Shown here piece by piece: positions 11,800 through 23,089 of a stretch of 64,000 bases of DNA. The position numbers and the translations under genes are program-made. The stretch's first letter is position 1; each line of letters starts with the position of its first letter. Below the pieces are notes generated by a model, which saw only the letters and a program-made list of their open reading frames with translations, did no database searches and had not been told where the DNA came from. Origin of the DNA: Cetorhinus maximus (Eukaryota); assembly GCF_964194155.1 (NCBI RefSeq), contig NW_027596118.1:806001-870000 (forward strand), given 5' to 3'.

Positions 11800-12560
11800 T
11801 TTCCGTTTGCTGAATGGGTGATAAACGGATGGCTCAGATATAATCTGATTGGCAGAAGGAGCAGAGGTCTCATTTGAAATACACTGGCCACTAATGCGGT
11901 GCTGCCAGATTTAATAATGCATTTAAAACGTGAATTTGTTAAACATTCGAGGGCGAAAAACTCTAAAGAGGTGAGGGGCAACAATATAAGAATGAAAATA
12001 TTCGCTTTCGGCCTACCAGCACATGTAACTCTCTGAGGACAGGGACGGTGGTTAAACGGGATTTGATTCCAGTTAGGTTACAGGCAGCAGAACGTGGTAT
12101 CTGTTGAGTTTTGTAAAGGTTGTAACCAGGAAGTGAACTTTGAACAAGGTGGTGGTCTGGGGCGGTGCGGATGGGGGGGAGTGGGGGTGGTCGGTGGTGA
12201 GTGAGAGGAGGATATTTTGGCTCGGATGACATTGTAATAGATGAGCATATGGGTCTCAATTTGAAAAAAAAATGCCCAGATTGTGTGTTTATGCAGCAGA
12301 TGGGTCGAGGCAGGATTGGAGACATGTGATTGTAGGACGATGGTCGTGGGCAGTATTTCGGAAAGGTGTATATTGGGTAGGAACTGAGCTCAGGCCATCA
12401 GCAAACGCTCTGGTTAAGCATGAGGCATTGGGCTGGGTCGCGATATTGTGAGGGGGTGGGGTGTGTGGCTGGTGGAGGATGTGTGGATGGAGGACAGATT
12501 TTCGGATAGTCAGGTGACACTGGCTTCGATCCTCACAAGGCTCAACTGAAAAATAAGAAA
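11800..12560 (-). mobile_element. Decayed L2-like LINE fragment
   Basis: Minus ORF contains QQIPRSAACNLTGIKSRLTTVPVLRELH, resembling the L2 ORF2 motif Q.IQN.AAR.LT..K...HITPVL..LHW. Confidence 0.5.
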
Positions 12561-12722
12561 AAGGAGCAGCTAATCAGTGAAATGTGGCTTCCAGATATAA
12601 TAGCTACACAGAGAGACATCCAGGGATATCAAATGAACGGAAGACACGAATGTGAATTTCAAGCACAGCATTGCAACTGAACATTCTTTACGTACTTAAA
12701 AACTGGAGAGAAAAAGACTTAC

Positions 12723-12901
12723 GAGGCACACTAACAATAGCGAGCATTGGATAGTAAAAACATTAAATAACCTTGAAGAACCATTGGGACCCGATATTTG
12801 AATACGATTCCATAATAAATCGTCAACAGATAGTGAACATACCAGGGTAACCCCCAGCCTCTTGTATGATATAAATCGACTGTTCTCAGGTCCTGATCCA
12901 T
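12723..12901 (-). pseudogene. GPR139-like: Paralogue A exon 1, frameshifted
   Basis: Ends YYPMLAIVSVP-C|GTAAG (phase 1, compatible with exon 2). The ATG at 12901 (MDQDLRTVD...) is one base out of frame with YYP, with the lesion at about 12756-12770. The YYP frame has TAA three codons before YY. Confidence 0.8.
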
Positions 12902-13270
12902 TGTTCAAACATTCCAACCTCGTCTCAGATTCTGATCTTTGTTGTAAAAACCCAATCTATTGTTCTCAGATTCTGATCCTTTGTTGTAAAATTCCAAACT
13001 ATTGTTCTCAGATTCTGATCCATTTTTGTAATATTCCACTCTATTGTTCTCAGATTCTGATGTATTTTTGTAATATTCCAATCTATTGTTCTCAGATTCT
13101 AATCGATTGCTGTCACATTCTAAATATTGTTCTCAGATTCTGATCCATTGTTGTTACATTCTAATCTATTCTTCTCAGATCCTGATCCATTGTGGAAAAA
13201 AAATCCAAGCTGCTGGTCTCGGATTCGGACAGATCAATATAATAGTACAAACTATTGTCCTCCGATTCTA
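12880..13270 (-). repeat. 42-bp minisatellite (about 9-10 copies); consensus encodes MDQNLRTIDWNxTT
   Basis: TCTCAG anchors at 12884, 12923, 12964, 13006, 13048, 13090, 13131, 13173 and about 13217. The same unit is in frame in paralogue B exon 1. Confidence 0.9.
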
Positions 13271-13499
13271 ATATAACTTCACCCTCGCTTTGGAGCTGCT
13301 GCTCCGTGACAGTGCCGTATTGATTATCCGTGTTATAGGATGAGATGGCTTATTGGAAGCATTCGCATTTTAATTGAAAAGGTGTTAGCTTTATTGGCAC
13401 AATTAAAGTCCATGGAGACTGAAACTATTATGCCACAAAATAAAAGTGTCACTTAAGCCCTTTCTATTGTACACTAATTAAACAGCTTTTTTGCAGCTT

Positions 13500-13880
13500 T
13501 TGTGGGGATGTCTGAGGTTTTACGAGGGAAGGAAAGGTGGAAATCGTGGACACACTAACCAGTATTCTTCAATCCACCTTGGATATCGGACTATTCCCAA
13601 AGTGTTGTCAATGTTGCTCCCTGTTTATCGAAGGGCAGATGGATAAAACTTGTATCTGCCGATCAATCAAAGAATTGTTAGTGAAACGTTGTGTTATATG
13701 AGAGACTCAATAATTTGGGGTAAAATGAGTTTGTTGATAAGAAACCACGGGTTTATAAATAACAGCCAGAAAAGACACATTAATGGAAAAAAAATGCCTC
13801 TGACAAACTCCATTGGCATCGTTGATGATGTATCAGGTAGGGCTGATGATGAAAGTGTGTTTTTTGTTAACTATACTGGC
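13500..13880 (+). mobile_element. Decayed CR1 RT fragment
   Basis: Degenerate IVDTLTSILQS..NVAPLF and LTNSIG..DDVS motifs of CR1 ORF2. Confidence 0.5.
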
Positions 13881-14849
13881 TAAGAATGACAACGTGCGAA
13901 TTACCGTATTTGTTGGGAAACAGCAACAGATGGTTCAGCTACGCAAGCACAATTTCCTGAATGCTACAGTATATAATCCGAGATGGTACTCGCCCAAATT
14001 TGTTCCTTCCTCCAGAGAATTATCATAGAACATAAAAACTTTTGAAGCTATTGACTTCTTTAGGGATCACCTAGAATGCCAGTGCTATGTCGCTTGCTTT
14101 ATATCTTCTCAGTTCCAGCCATCCTCAGCCTTAAGACTTCAAATTAACATGTATTTAGGCGACTCATTCCCTTGTTCTCTTTTCTCCTCAATATTTCCAT
14201 GTTAATCCACGGTTGGCTATATTTTGACACAAGGCTCTGTGAGGACCACTGTAGATGTTTTTTTCAGTTTCAAACCAGAAAACGTTCCAGATTATTTTTC
14301 CTCATGCAATCCGTGCTGACATTAACGTCACTTGCACTCCACGTGATGAATCTTGGGTTTAGAATAATCGCTGCTCACTGCGCAATCCTAAGTAAGTGTC
14401 ATCAACTGGTTATTTTCTCACAGTGAACATTCGAAGGCACCTGTCCCAGTTGCAGCTAAACAATCTCATAAAACAGGCAGATCAATAGAAGCCAGAGATT
14501 CTCACAAAACTGCACACATCTCCGAGGGGCATCTTCAGGTGTCTTCTCAACTAGACCTTTAGTTTATGTATCCTTAAATGGAAAATGTTTCACTGATATG
14601 AAGCAATACATAGATCTTACAGACCTTCAGTTTTCATCGATTATGCTTGAACTAATTTAGCTCTAATTCTTTTTTAAAAATCTGGACCGTCAGCCCTGAG
14701 AGAAAGGATGGTAACCACCATTTCTACACAAAAACAGCCAAGGAGAAGTCATCCATTGTTTACTACCTGCTGCTTTATGACTCTTACCTTTCTAATCCGG
14801 CCTGTTAAATTTGGCCTGAGGGGCCAAATGAGCTGCTTTCATATAGCAG

Positions 14850-15077
14850 CTTGTTCTGGTCTGGATTGCACTCTCTGGAAATATGGTGGATGCAGGTTCA
14901 ATCGAGGCTTTCAAAAGGGCGTTACATGAATATTTGAATAGAGACAATTAGTAGGGTTATTGGGAAACGGCAAGTGGATGGCACTGAACAATAATGCTCA
15001 TTCAGACAGCCGGCGTGGTCACGATGGGCAGAATGGCCTCCTTCTGCACCATTGCAATTCCGTCATTCTATGATTCT
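14850..15077 (+). mobile_element. CR1 LINE 3' terminus
   Basis: GATGGGCAGAATGGCCTCCTTCTGC...ATTCTATGATTCT terminal motif. Confidence 0.8.
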
Positions 15078-15224
15078 GAATTTACCTTCACGCGTCCAAA
15101 CATTTGACAGTGAGAGCAATTTATTGTCCGCACCTCAATGTTGTGTGTTAAATGCGGCGTGGGGGAGACGGGGTGGGATAGGAAAATGCGGGGGGGTGGG
15201 ATGAGGAAAGTCAGATGTTCATTT

Positions 15225-15460
15225 TTGAGGGAGTGCCGCATTGTCAGAGGGTCAGCACATAGGGAATGCTGCACTGTCTGAGGGTCAGTACTGAGGAATT
15301 GTTGCACTATCGAACTATCAGCACTGAGTTATCACTGAGCTTTCAGAGATTCAGCATAGAGGGAATGCCGCATTGTCGGAGCGGAAGTACTGAGGGACCG
15401 GTGCATTGTCGGAGAATCAGTACTGACGGTGTGCTGCGCTGTCAGAGGCCAGTGCTGAGT
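15225..15460 (+). repeat. 33-bp minisatellite (about 7 copies), DeuSINE-domain-like unit
   Basis: TACTGAGGGAGTGCCGCATTGTCAGAGGGTCAG-like units. Confidence 0.75.
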
Positions 15461-16469
15461 TAAAAGCCCGGTATATCACCTTTCCTCCCTCTGTCTACCT
15501 GGTATATCACATTGGCGGAGCCCCGCTGCTGGTGTGTTTGTTATTATAGAATTCCGCAATCATGATCCTGGAATCTCACCCACACTCGCACGTTGTACCT
15601 ATTGTAATTTCACACTTCCCCGGTGCACCTGGAACGGGTACATCCCCCACTGTACCTGCTATATTACCTTCCTGCACTGTTGTGCCTGGAATACCCCCTA
15701 CCTCATGTAACTGTATTTTCCCTCGCACTACCGGCAATAAACATCATCCCTCCTTGCTGCTGCTGCTTTTGTTGATGGCCTGATTGCTCTCACAACCAGG
15801 GATTTGCGGGACCACTGATGACGCTCCCCTTCCCTCTGTTCTCCAGTCTGTATGGGTCTCTGTGCAGCGCTGCCAATTAACAGCTTATGGAACAGACTCT
15901 TTCCGTTTGTTCTGTGACCGTAACGGCCGCACATCCTCCCACTCCGCCCTCTGCCTGGTGTCAGCCCAGCAAACATCCCCTCTGCCGATGGAAAGAAAAA
16001 TAATATGGAAACGTAATGGACATCCTCAGTCTGTCAATGTTCAAATTCTCGGGTGGATTAAAGAATTGGAAGAAAACGATATTTCAGCACATTCTTCAAC
16101 TGCTCCCTGAACTGAACCTGGGTCACGGTGTTAATCCCAGTGTTTGTGCAGCAACTCAGGAGCTGCAGCATGAAGCCCAATTCCATCACAATATAATCTA
16201 GATCAACTTGCACATTCCCCAAGAACGATATCCGGCTCCACATAGGAAAGAATATTAACATTTCCCACAATAGGATGAAATTGGCTGAGATAACGAGCAG
16301 TAAAATCATGGATTTCCTCCGACTCTCGACCTTTGGGTCTCTGGGACTCTCCCCACTGCTGTGAACCTGGAGTCTCCTGCGGGCTCTGCTGTTCAGTAAA
16401 ATGTGTCTGACGGTGAGAACATTGAGCAGCACAATCAGGACAAATGGGAGACAGGGGGTAGAAATTAAG

Positions 16470-16808
16470 TGGGGCGATGGTGTAGAGGGATTGTCACTGG
16501 ACCAGAAAACAAGAATCATGGTCAGGGAACAGGCGTTTGAATCCCGCCCTGGCAGATGTTAGAATTTGAATTGAACAAAAACCTGGAATAAAAAGCACAT
16601 TGATGACCATGACACCATGGCCAACTGTGGCAAAATCCCACCTGGTTCACTAATGCCCTTTAGAGAAGGAAATCTGCTGGGCAATATGAGCCTCCAGACC
16701 CACGGCAATGTGGTTGACTCTTAATTGCCCTCTGAACAAGGGCAATTCGGGATGGGCAATAAATGTCAGCCTAGCCAGCGACGCCCACGTTTCATGAATG
16801 AATAAAAC
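16470..16808 (+). mobile_element. tRNA-derived SINE inserted in paralogue B exon 2
   Basis: A-box-like TGGTGTAGAGG (about 16478), B-box-like GTTTGAATCC (about 16535), body CTGGTTCACTAATGCCCTTTAG, and a LINE-derived tail ending TGAATGAATAAAA. It interrupts HHIL/TPC of TM5. Confidence 0.88.
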
Positions 16809-16852
16809 AAGAATGTGATGGAGGAACTCGACAGCTGTCCAGACGGGAGATG

Positions 16853-19800
16853 GTTTTGGAAAGAGTGTCATGCAGTCAGCGTCACCGTGAAGACGTCTGG
16901 AAAGAGTATCCTGCAGATATTTTTGAGAATAAAAATAGTGACATCAAAAAAGAGCGCGATGGAGAGATCAGAACCAGCGCGAGTGCGGGGATGCTTCAAA
17001 AAGTGACGGCAGCACAAAGGTGAGAGCTGATTGGTGAGTCACGGGGAAGTGTATTCCCCTGGGTAAGCTAAGGAAAGGTAATTTAAAATACATAAATAAC
17101 ATAAAGTTTATTTTTTACAGTATTTAACTTAAAGTAAAGAACGGTTTTTTTTTTCAAACTAGAGGCACGGCAGGGCAGCTCAGTCCCATGTTATGTACCG
17201 CCTTCAACATGTGGGAAGTCTTAGACGCTCCTTACTCTCTGACCGACCACATGTGCAGGAAGTGCCGTCAACTGAAGCTACATGAGCTCCGAGTTTCAGA
17301 GCTGGAGCGGCAGCTGGAGGCACTGAAGCGCATCGGCGAGGCTAAGAGTTTGGTGGCTGGAACGTTTTTAGGTATGGTGACCCCAAAGCAGACAGAGCTG
17401 GATTGGTAACCATCAGTCTGAAGAGATGTGTCAGACAGGTAGTTAGGAAATCCCGAGGGTGCATATCGCTCGAGAACCGTATTTCTGTGTTGGAAAACGG
17501 TGAGAGTGACGGTTCGACTGGGGAGTGCCACCACGCTCATGGCACTGAGTGGCTCAGCTGCACAACGGGGAAGGAAAAAGAGGGGAAGAACAATAGGTGC
17601 AGGAGGGTCCATAATAAAGCGAACAGACAGCCGTTTCTTAGGCCATTGACGTGACTCCAGGATGGTATGTTCCCTCCCTGGTGCCAGGATCAAGGATGTC
17701 ACTGGCTGAAGGGCATTCTAAAGTGGGAGGGCAAACAGACGGTGATCGTGTTACATATTTGTACCAACGACATCGCTGCAAAGAGGGATGAGGACCTACA
17801 AAAAGAATTTAGGCATCCAGGAAGCAGATTAAAAACAGGACCTCAAAGGTAGTGATCACCGGACTTCTTTCAATGCCACGCACTGGTGAGTATAGAAGTA
17901 GGGGATTAGTCCAAATGAATGCGTGGCTGGTCAGAAGGTGCAGGAGAGAGGGCTTTCTATTTATCGCATATTGGGACGGTTTCTGTGGGAAGTGGGACCT
18001 GTACAAGGCAGACAGGAAGCATCTGAACTGCAATGGGACCAACATCCTTGCGGGGAGGTTTGCTGGTGTTGTTGGTGAGGGTTTAAACTAACTTGTCATG
18101 GGGATGAGATCCTGAGAGGTGGTTCAGCAGGGGGAGTTGCACAGCCAAAATAAGTAGTGAGAGCAAGTGAGTCTTGAAGGCATATAAATATAGGCCAGTT
18201 AAGGCAGAAGCAAGTTTGGCAAGGTTGGATGGTATTTATTTTAATGCAAGGAGTCTGACAAAAAAGGCAGATTTGACAGCATAAGTTAACACATGGAAGT
18301 ATGATGTCCTTGCTGCCGCAGAGACATGGCTGTGAGAGGGGCATGATTGGCAGCTCAAAATCCCAGGGTATAGGGTCTTCAGGCGAGACAAGGAAGGGGG
18401 TATAAGAGGAGGGAGTTTCGCAATATTGGTCAAGGAATCAGTGACAGCAGTAAGGAGGCTCATAGAAGGCTCCTCAACTGAATCCATATGGATAGAACTG
18501 AAAAAACTAAAAAGGAGCAATCACATTGCTGGAAGTGTACTACAGGCCGCTAAACATTCATAGAGAAATGGAAGAGAAGATATCTAGGCAAATTATAGAG
18601 CAGTGTAAAAATAATAGGGTAGTAACATTGGGTGATTTCAAATTCCCCAACTTTAACTGGGTTAGTCCTAGTGTGGTAGATTTAGAGGGCTACGAATTCT
18701 TACAATGCACCCAGGAGAGCTTTTTAAGCCAGTACATCGAAGGTCCTACAAAGGAAGGGGCGGTCCTGCACTTAATTTTAGGAAATGAAGCCGGGCATGT
18801 GGACGAGGTATCTGTGGGGGACCGTTTTGGGCATATTGATCATAAATCCGTTAGATTAACGTTGTTATGGAAAAGGACAAGGGAGTGCCAGAAATCAGAG
18901 TTCTAAATTGAAGGAAGGTCAATTTTAAGAAGATCAGATATGATTTTACCAGAGTGGGCTGGGAGGAGCTTATTTTAGGTAAATTGGCATCAGAGCAGTG
19001 TGACTCATTCAAGATGGAAGTTGGGAGAGTGCAGGACCAGCATATTCCAGTAACAATAAAGGGCAGGAGCAATAAATCCAGGGAAACCTGGATCTCGAGG
19101 GATATAGAGGATTGGATAAAGAGAAAATGAAAGGCTTATGGCAGTTAACGAGAGCTCAAAACAGCGGATGCCCTAGAAGAGAATAGAGTGTATAGGGGGC
19201 AACTGAATAAGGAAGTTAGGAGAGCAAAAAGGGGGTATGAAAAATCATTGGCAGGAAAAATAAAGAAAAATACAAAGTTATTTTACAAGTTCATTAGGAG
19301 TAAGAGGTTAAGTAGGGAAAGAATAGAGCCCATTAAGGACCATTTTGGAAATGTGTGTGTGGAGTCGGAAAACGTAGGTCAGGTTCTAAATAAATGACTT
19401 GTATTTGTGTTCTCAAGTGAGAGGGGTGATAGAAATCATGCAGAGGTGCTGTGAGATAATTAAATAAATTAGCACAGAAAGGGAAGAAGTTCTAAGCGGT
19501 TGACAGGCTTAAAATAATATGAATCTCCAGGACCAGATGAAATTGATCCCAGGCTTTGAGTGAGGCAAGCGGGGAGATAACAGGGACTCTGGCAATAATT
19601 TTCAACACTTTTCTGACCACAGGAGAGTTGCCAGAGGAGCCAAAGTGGCACCGTTATTCAAGAAGGGAGGATGGGATATACTAGGGAACTAGAGGTCAGT
19701 CAGTCTAACAACAGTGGGTAAATTATTGGAAGTAATTCTGAGGGCGATACTTTATCTACACCTGGAGAGGCAGGGTAAATCAAGGACAGTCAGTTTGGTT

Positions 19801-21067
19801 TGGTTAAGGAGATGTTATGCCTGAGTAATTTGATTGAATTTTACGAAGACGTGACCAGGTGTGTAGATTATGGCAATGCATTTGATGTAGTCTACTTGGA
19901 CTTCAGCAAGGCTTTTGATATGGTCAGGAGACAGATAACGAAGGTAAGAGCCCGTGGGATCCAGGGCAATATGGCGAATTGGGCCCAGAATTGGCTGAGT
20001 GGCAGGAAGCACATGGTGATGGTCTACGGGGGTATTTGTGACTGGATGACTGTGTCCAGTGGCGTTCCACATGGGTCCGTGTTGGGTCCCGTGCTGTTTT
20101 GGGGATATATAAACGATTTAGATTTGAATGCAGGGGGGTTGATTAGTATGTTCGCGGATGGCACGAATATTTGTGGGGTGGTAAGTAGTAAGATTGATAG
20201 CCTTAGATTACAGGAGTATAGAGACAGGCTGATCAGATGGGCTGAACATTTTCAAATGTAATTTAATCCAGATAATGTTGAGTTTCTGGACTTGGGCAGG
20301 ACAATCAAGACACGGGAATATGAGGAATGTTAGGATCTTGGGAAGTACCGCGGATCATAGGGATCATGGTGTGCATGTCTAGCAGTCTCTTCATGTAGTC
20401 GGGCAGGTTGATAAGGTGTTTAAGAAAGCATATGGGATACCTGCCTTTATTAGACGAGGAATAGAATATAAGAGCAGGGAGGTTATGCTGAACTGTAAAA
20501 AACGCTGGTTAGGCCACATCTAGTGTATTGCGTGCAGTCTGGAATCCGCATTATAGGTAGGATGTGAGTACATCAGATTGTAGAGGAGATTTACGAGGAT
20601 GTTACCTGGCCTGGATATTTTTAGTTAGGAGGAGAGTTTGAATAAACTGGGGTTAGTTTCACTGGAGCAGAGGAGATTGAGAGGGGACATTATTGACGTG
20701 TATAAAAATATGAGGGGCAGAGATAGCGGAGTCAGGATGTTACTTTTCCCGTTCGTGGATGGACAAATAACGAGGGGGCATAGATTTAATGTAAGGGGCA
20801 GGAGGTTTAGAGAGAATGTGAGGAAGAATTATTTCACCCGGAAGGTGGTGAGAATCTGGAATTCACTGCCTGAAAGGGTGTTCGGGGCAGAAAACTTCAT
20901 AACATTTAAGAAGTATTTGGATGTGCACTTGTGATGCCCTGGCATACATGGCTATGGACCTATTGCTGCAAAATGGGATTAGAATAGTTAGGTACTTATT
21001 TGACCGGCGCAGACTCGATGGTCCGAGTTTTCTGTGCTGCAGACCACTTTGACTCTATTAATCTATG
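16853..21067 (+). mobile_element. Near full-length CR1 LINE (4.2 kb, inactivated)
   Basis: ORF1 Cys-rich/coiled coil (MWEV..CRKC..LRVSELERQL) and esterase-like (HICTNDI, HLN..GT) motifs. ORF2 APE (FNARSL, ETWL, YYRP, GDF.FP, DH) and RT (VYLDFSKAFD, GVPHGSVLGP, FADGT) motifs and tail FTRKVVRIWNSLP. Short ATG duplication at both junctions. Confidence 0.95.
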
Positions 21068-22129
21068 TCTGAAATTCTAATAATAGAAAAAAGAATCACG
21101 GGTTGTTCATCAGCAACTAAGAATCTGGTAACATGAAATAGCAGAAAATATTCTTTAAAAGGCTCAGCGCAGTCATTCCTCTCAGAGCCATTTTCACGGT
21201 GCAATATTTACTTTTCAGTTTCTGGAAATAAATGGCCACAAACCGATCAAATGTGAAAGTCTCTGAACCACACACAACGTCCAGTGGCTGCATAAAGCAG
21301 GACGGCATGGATATGACACAGACGCATGGCCCACAGGAAATGAAACCATTCCCAATACCCAATCAGAATGCTTGTAAATAACAACTATCAGTTTGCCTCA
21401 AGGCGCTGACATTTTCCACTATATTGCTGCCTGCAGTGCCGTATTGCAAGTATTGTACATGCAATAATAGACTGAAATGTCTCTGATATGGTGGGAGACA
21501 ATAGAGATTAAATGGCAATAACTATGTTACTTAAATTGCTGAAATCGGCTGTTAATCATAATCCTGTCCTCCTGGATACTTGAACTGGTATAAAAACTTT
21601 GCAATCTCCAAAATACTTGTAATTCTGATGAAGAAGAAATAATTCAGTTCAACATGGTTTATAGAATTAATAGCCATATACAGTGAGACTTACCCGGGAT
21701 GCCAAAAATAGCGAGGATGGGATAGTAACCCCCCTGAATCAGCTGAAGTGTCCGATAGATCCGGCTTTCCACTGACATCCGATCATAATATGTAGAAAGT
21801 TCATAAAGCGCCTCCAATGAACTCCTACTCATTGTTGTAACATTCCGATCTATTGTCCTCAGATCCTGATCCATTGTTGTAACATTCCAATCCATTGCTC
21901 TGAGAATCTGATCCATTGTTGGAACTTTCCAATATGTTGTTCTCAGACTCTGATATCCTCTCTCCCTGTCTTATAACCGCGGGTCCCTGTTCCTCAAGGA
22001 GCTGATGCCCCCGCTGACAATATGAGGTAACACAATGTTGCGACTCCCTGATTAACAACAGTGGGAAGCCCCCCTGTGAGTTATTTAGGATCTATGGAGA
22101 CTGACATTAATTACAGCCACTGAACAAAC

Positions 22130-22960
22130 AGGCTCATTTAACCCGTTCAGTCCAAATATACTTGCACCACACTAAATTGGAACAGTTAGCTGGTCCGTCC
22201 GTCCGTTTTTGATGGACGTAATAGTGTAAAGAGAATAGTGTGAAGCAGAAAATCGGGCAAATGTAGGAAGTGTTTAGTATAAATATCGGGTGGACATAAG
22301 CAAGTCGTTGAAGGTGGCAGCGCAAGCCTTTTAGAGTATTAAAATAGCAATATATTTTTATTGATAAACAGAATCAGAGTTTACAAAACTAAGAAAATCA
22401 GACAACATATGTGTAAATCTTGGTGAAGCCTCAGCTGAAGTACTTGTGTCTAATTCTGGCGAGCGTTTTTCAGGAAAGATGTGAGGGCCTTGGAGAGGGT
22501 GCAGAGGAATTTTACTGGAATTGGAACAGGGATGAGGGGCTTGAATTATGTGGAGAGACTGGAGAAGCTGGGATTGTTTTCCTTCGAGCAGACGAGGCAA
22601 AGGGTACGTTTAATAGAGGCATTTAAAATCACGAATGTTTTAGACAGAGTAAATAAGGTGAAACTGGTGATACTGGAAAATCAGTCAGTGACCAGCACAG
22701 GGAGTTTTAAAGTGATTGAAAAAGAAGCATAGCGCGGTTGAGGAGCTGTTCGTGCAAATAAATCTGAAATGTCCTTCCTGACAGGCTGACGAATGCAAAT
22801 AAACATTTAACTGTGAAAATAGAATTGGATGAGCACAGGCAGTGGATATTTGCACAGCTAATGGAGGGGAGGAGAGGAGGGTTGATTAGATAGGTGTGGC
22901 AGAGTCCAAACGTTCACGATGGGCCACATGGCGTCTTCCTCAAATGTATGATTCGATGGC
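22130..22960 (+). mobile_element. CR1 LINE 3' fragment
   Basis: ALERVQRNFT...LEKLGLFSFEQ; terminal GATGGGCCACATGGCGTCTTCCT...ATGATTC. Confidence 0.85.
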
Positions 22961-23089
22961 TCTGTTCCGTCAGAGGGCATAGGGAGCGAAAATCATGTTT
23001 ACAGATGATTTTTTAACAGAATCATCGAAACAGAGGCTGGTCATAATTGTATGCTGATGGATGCAAGAGCGGAAACAGACACACATACT

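Larger units (their letters stand above)
16058..21916 (-). pseudogene. GPR139-like: GPR139-like paralogue B, disrupted pseudogene
   Basis: Exon 1 at 21694-21916 is intact (MDQILRAMDWNVTT...YYPILAIFGIP-G|GTAAG). Exon 2 survives in three pieces: about 21068-21370 (HIHAVLLYAAT..TFTFDRF..KYCT), 16810-16852 (SPVWTAVEFLHHIL) and 16058-16460 (TPCLPF..RRKSMILL..GFMLQLLSCCTN). The pieces are split by a CR1 and a SINE; the TM1-TM2 part and the acceptor are missing; internal stops are present. Confidence 0.9.

Noticed and set aside
12862-13271. Plus-strand Cys-rich repeat protein (YCSQILIHCC)
   Set aside because: Antisense reading of the 42-bp GPCR N-terminal repeat.
16058-16519. Stand-alone 153-aa GPCR ORF
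   Set aside because: Its N-terminus is antisense SINE sequence; it is the 3' piece of pseudogene B.
16470-16550. tRNA gene
   Set aside because: A and B boxes are present, but they head a SINE body and LINE-derived tail; no convincing cloverleaf.
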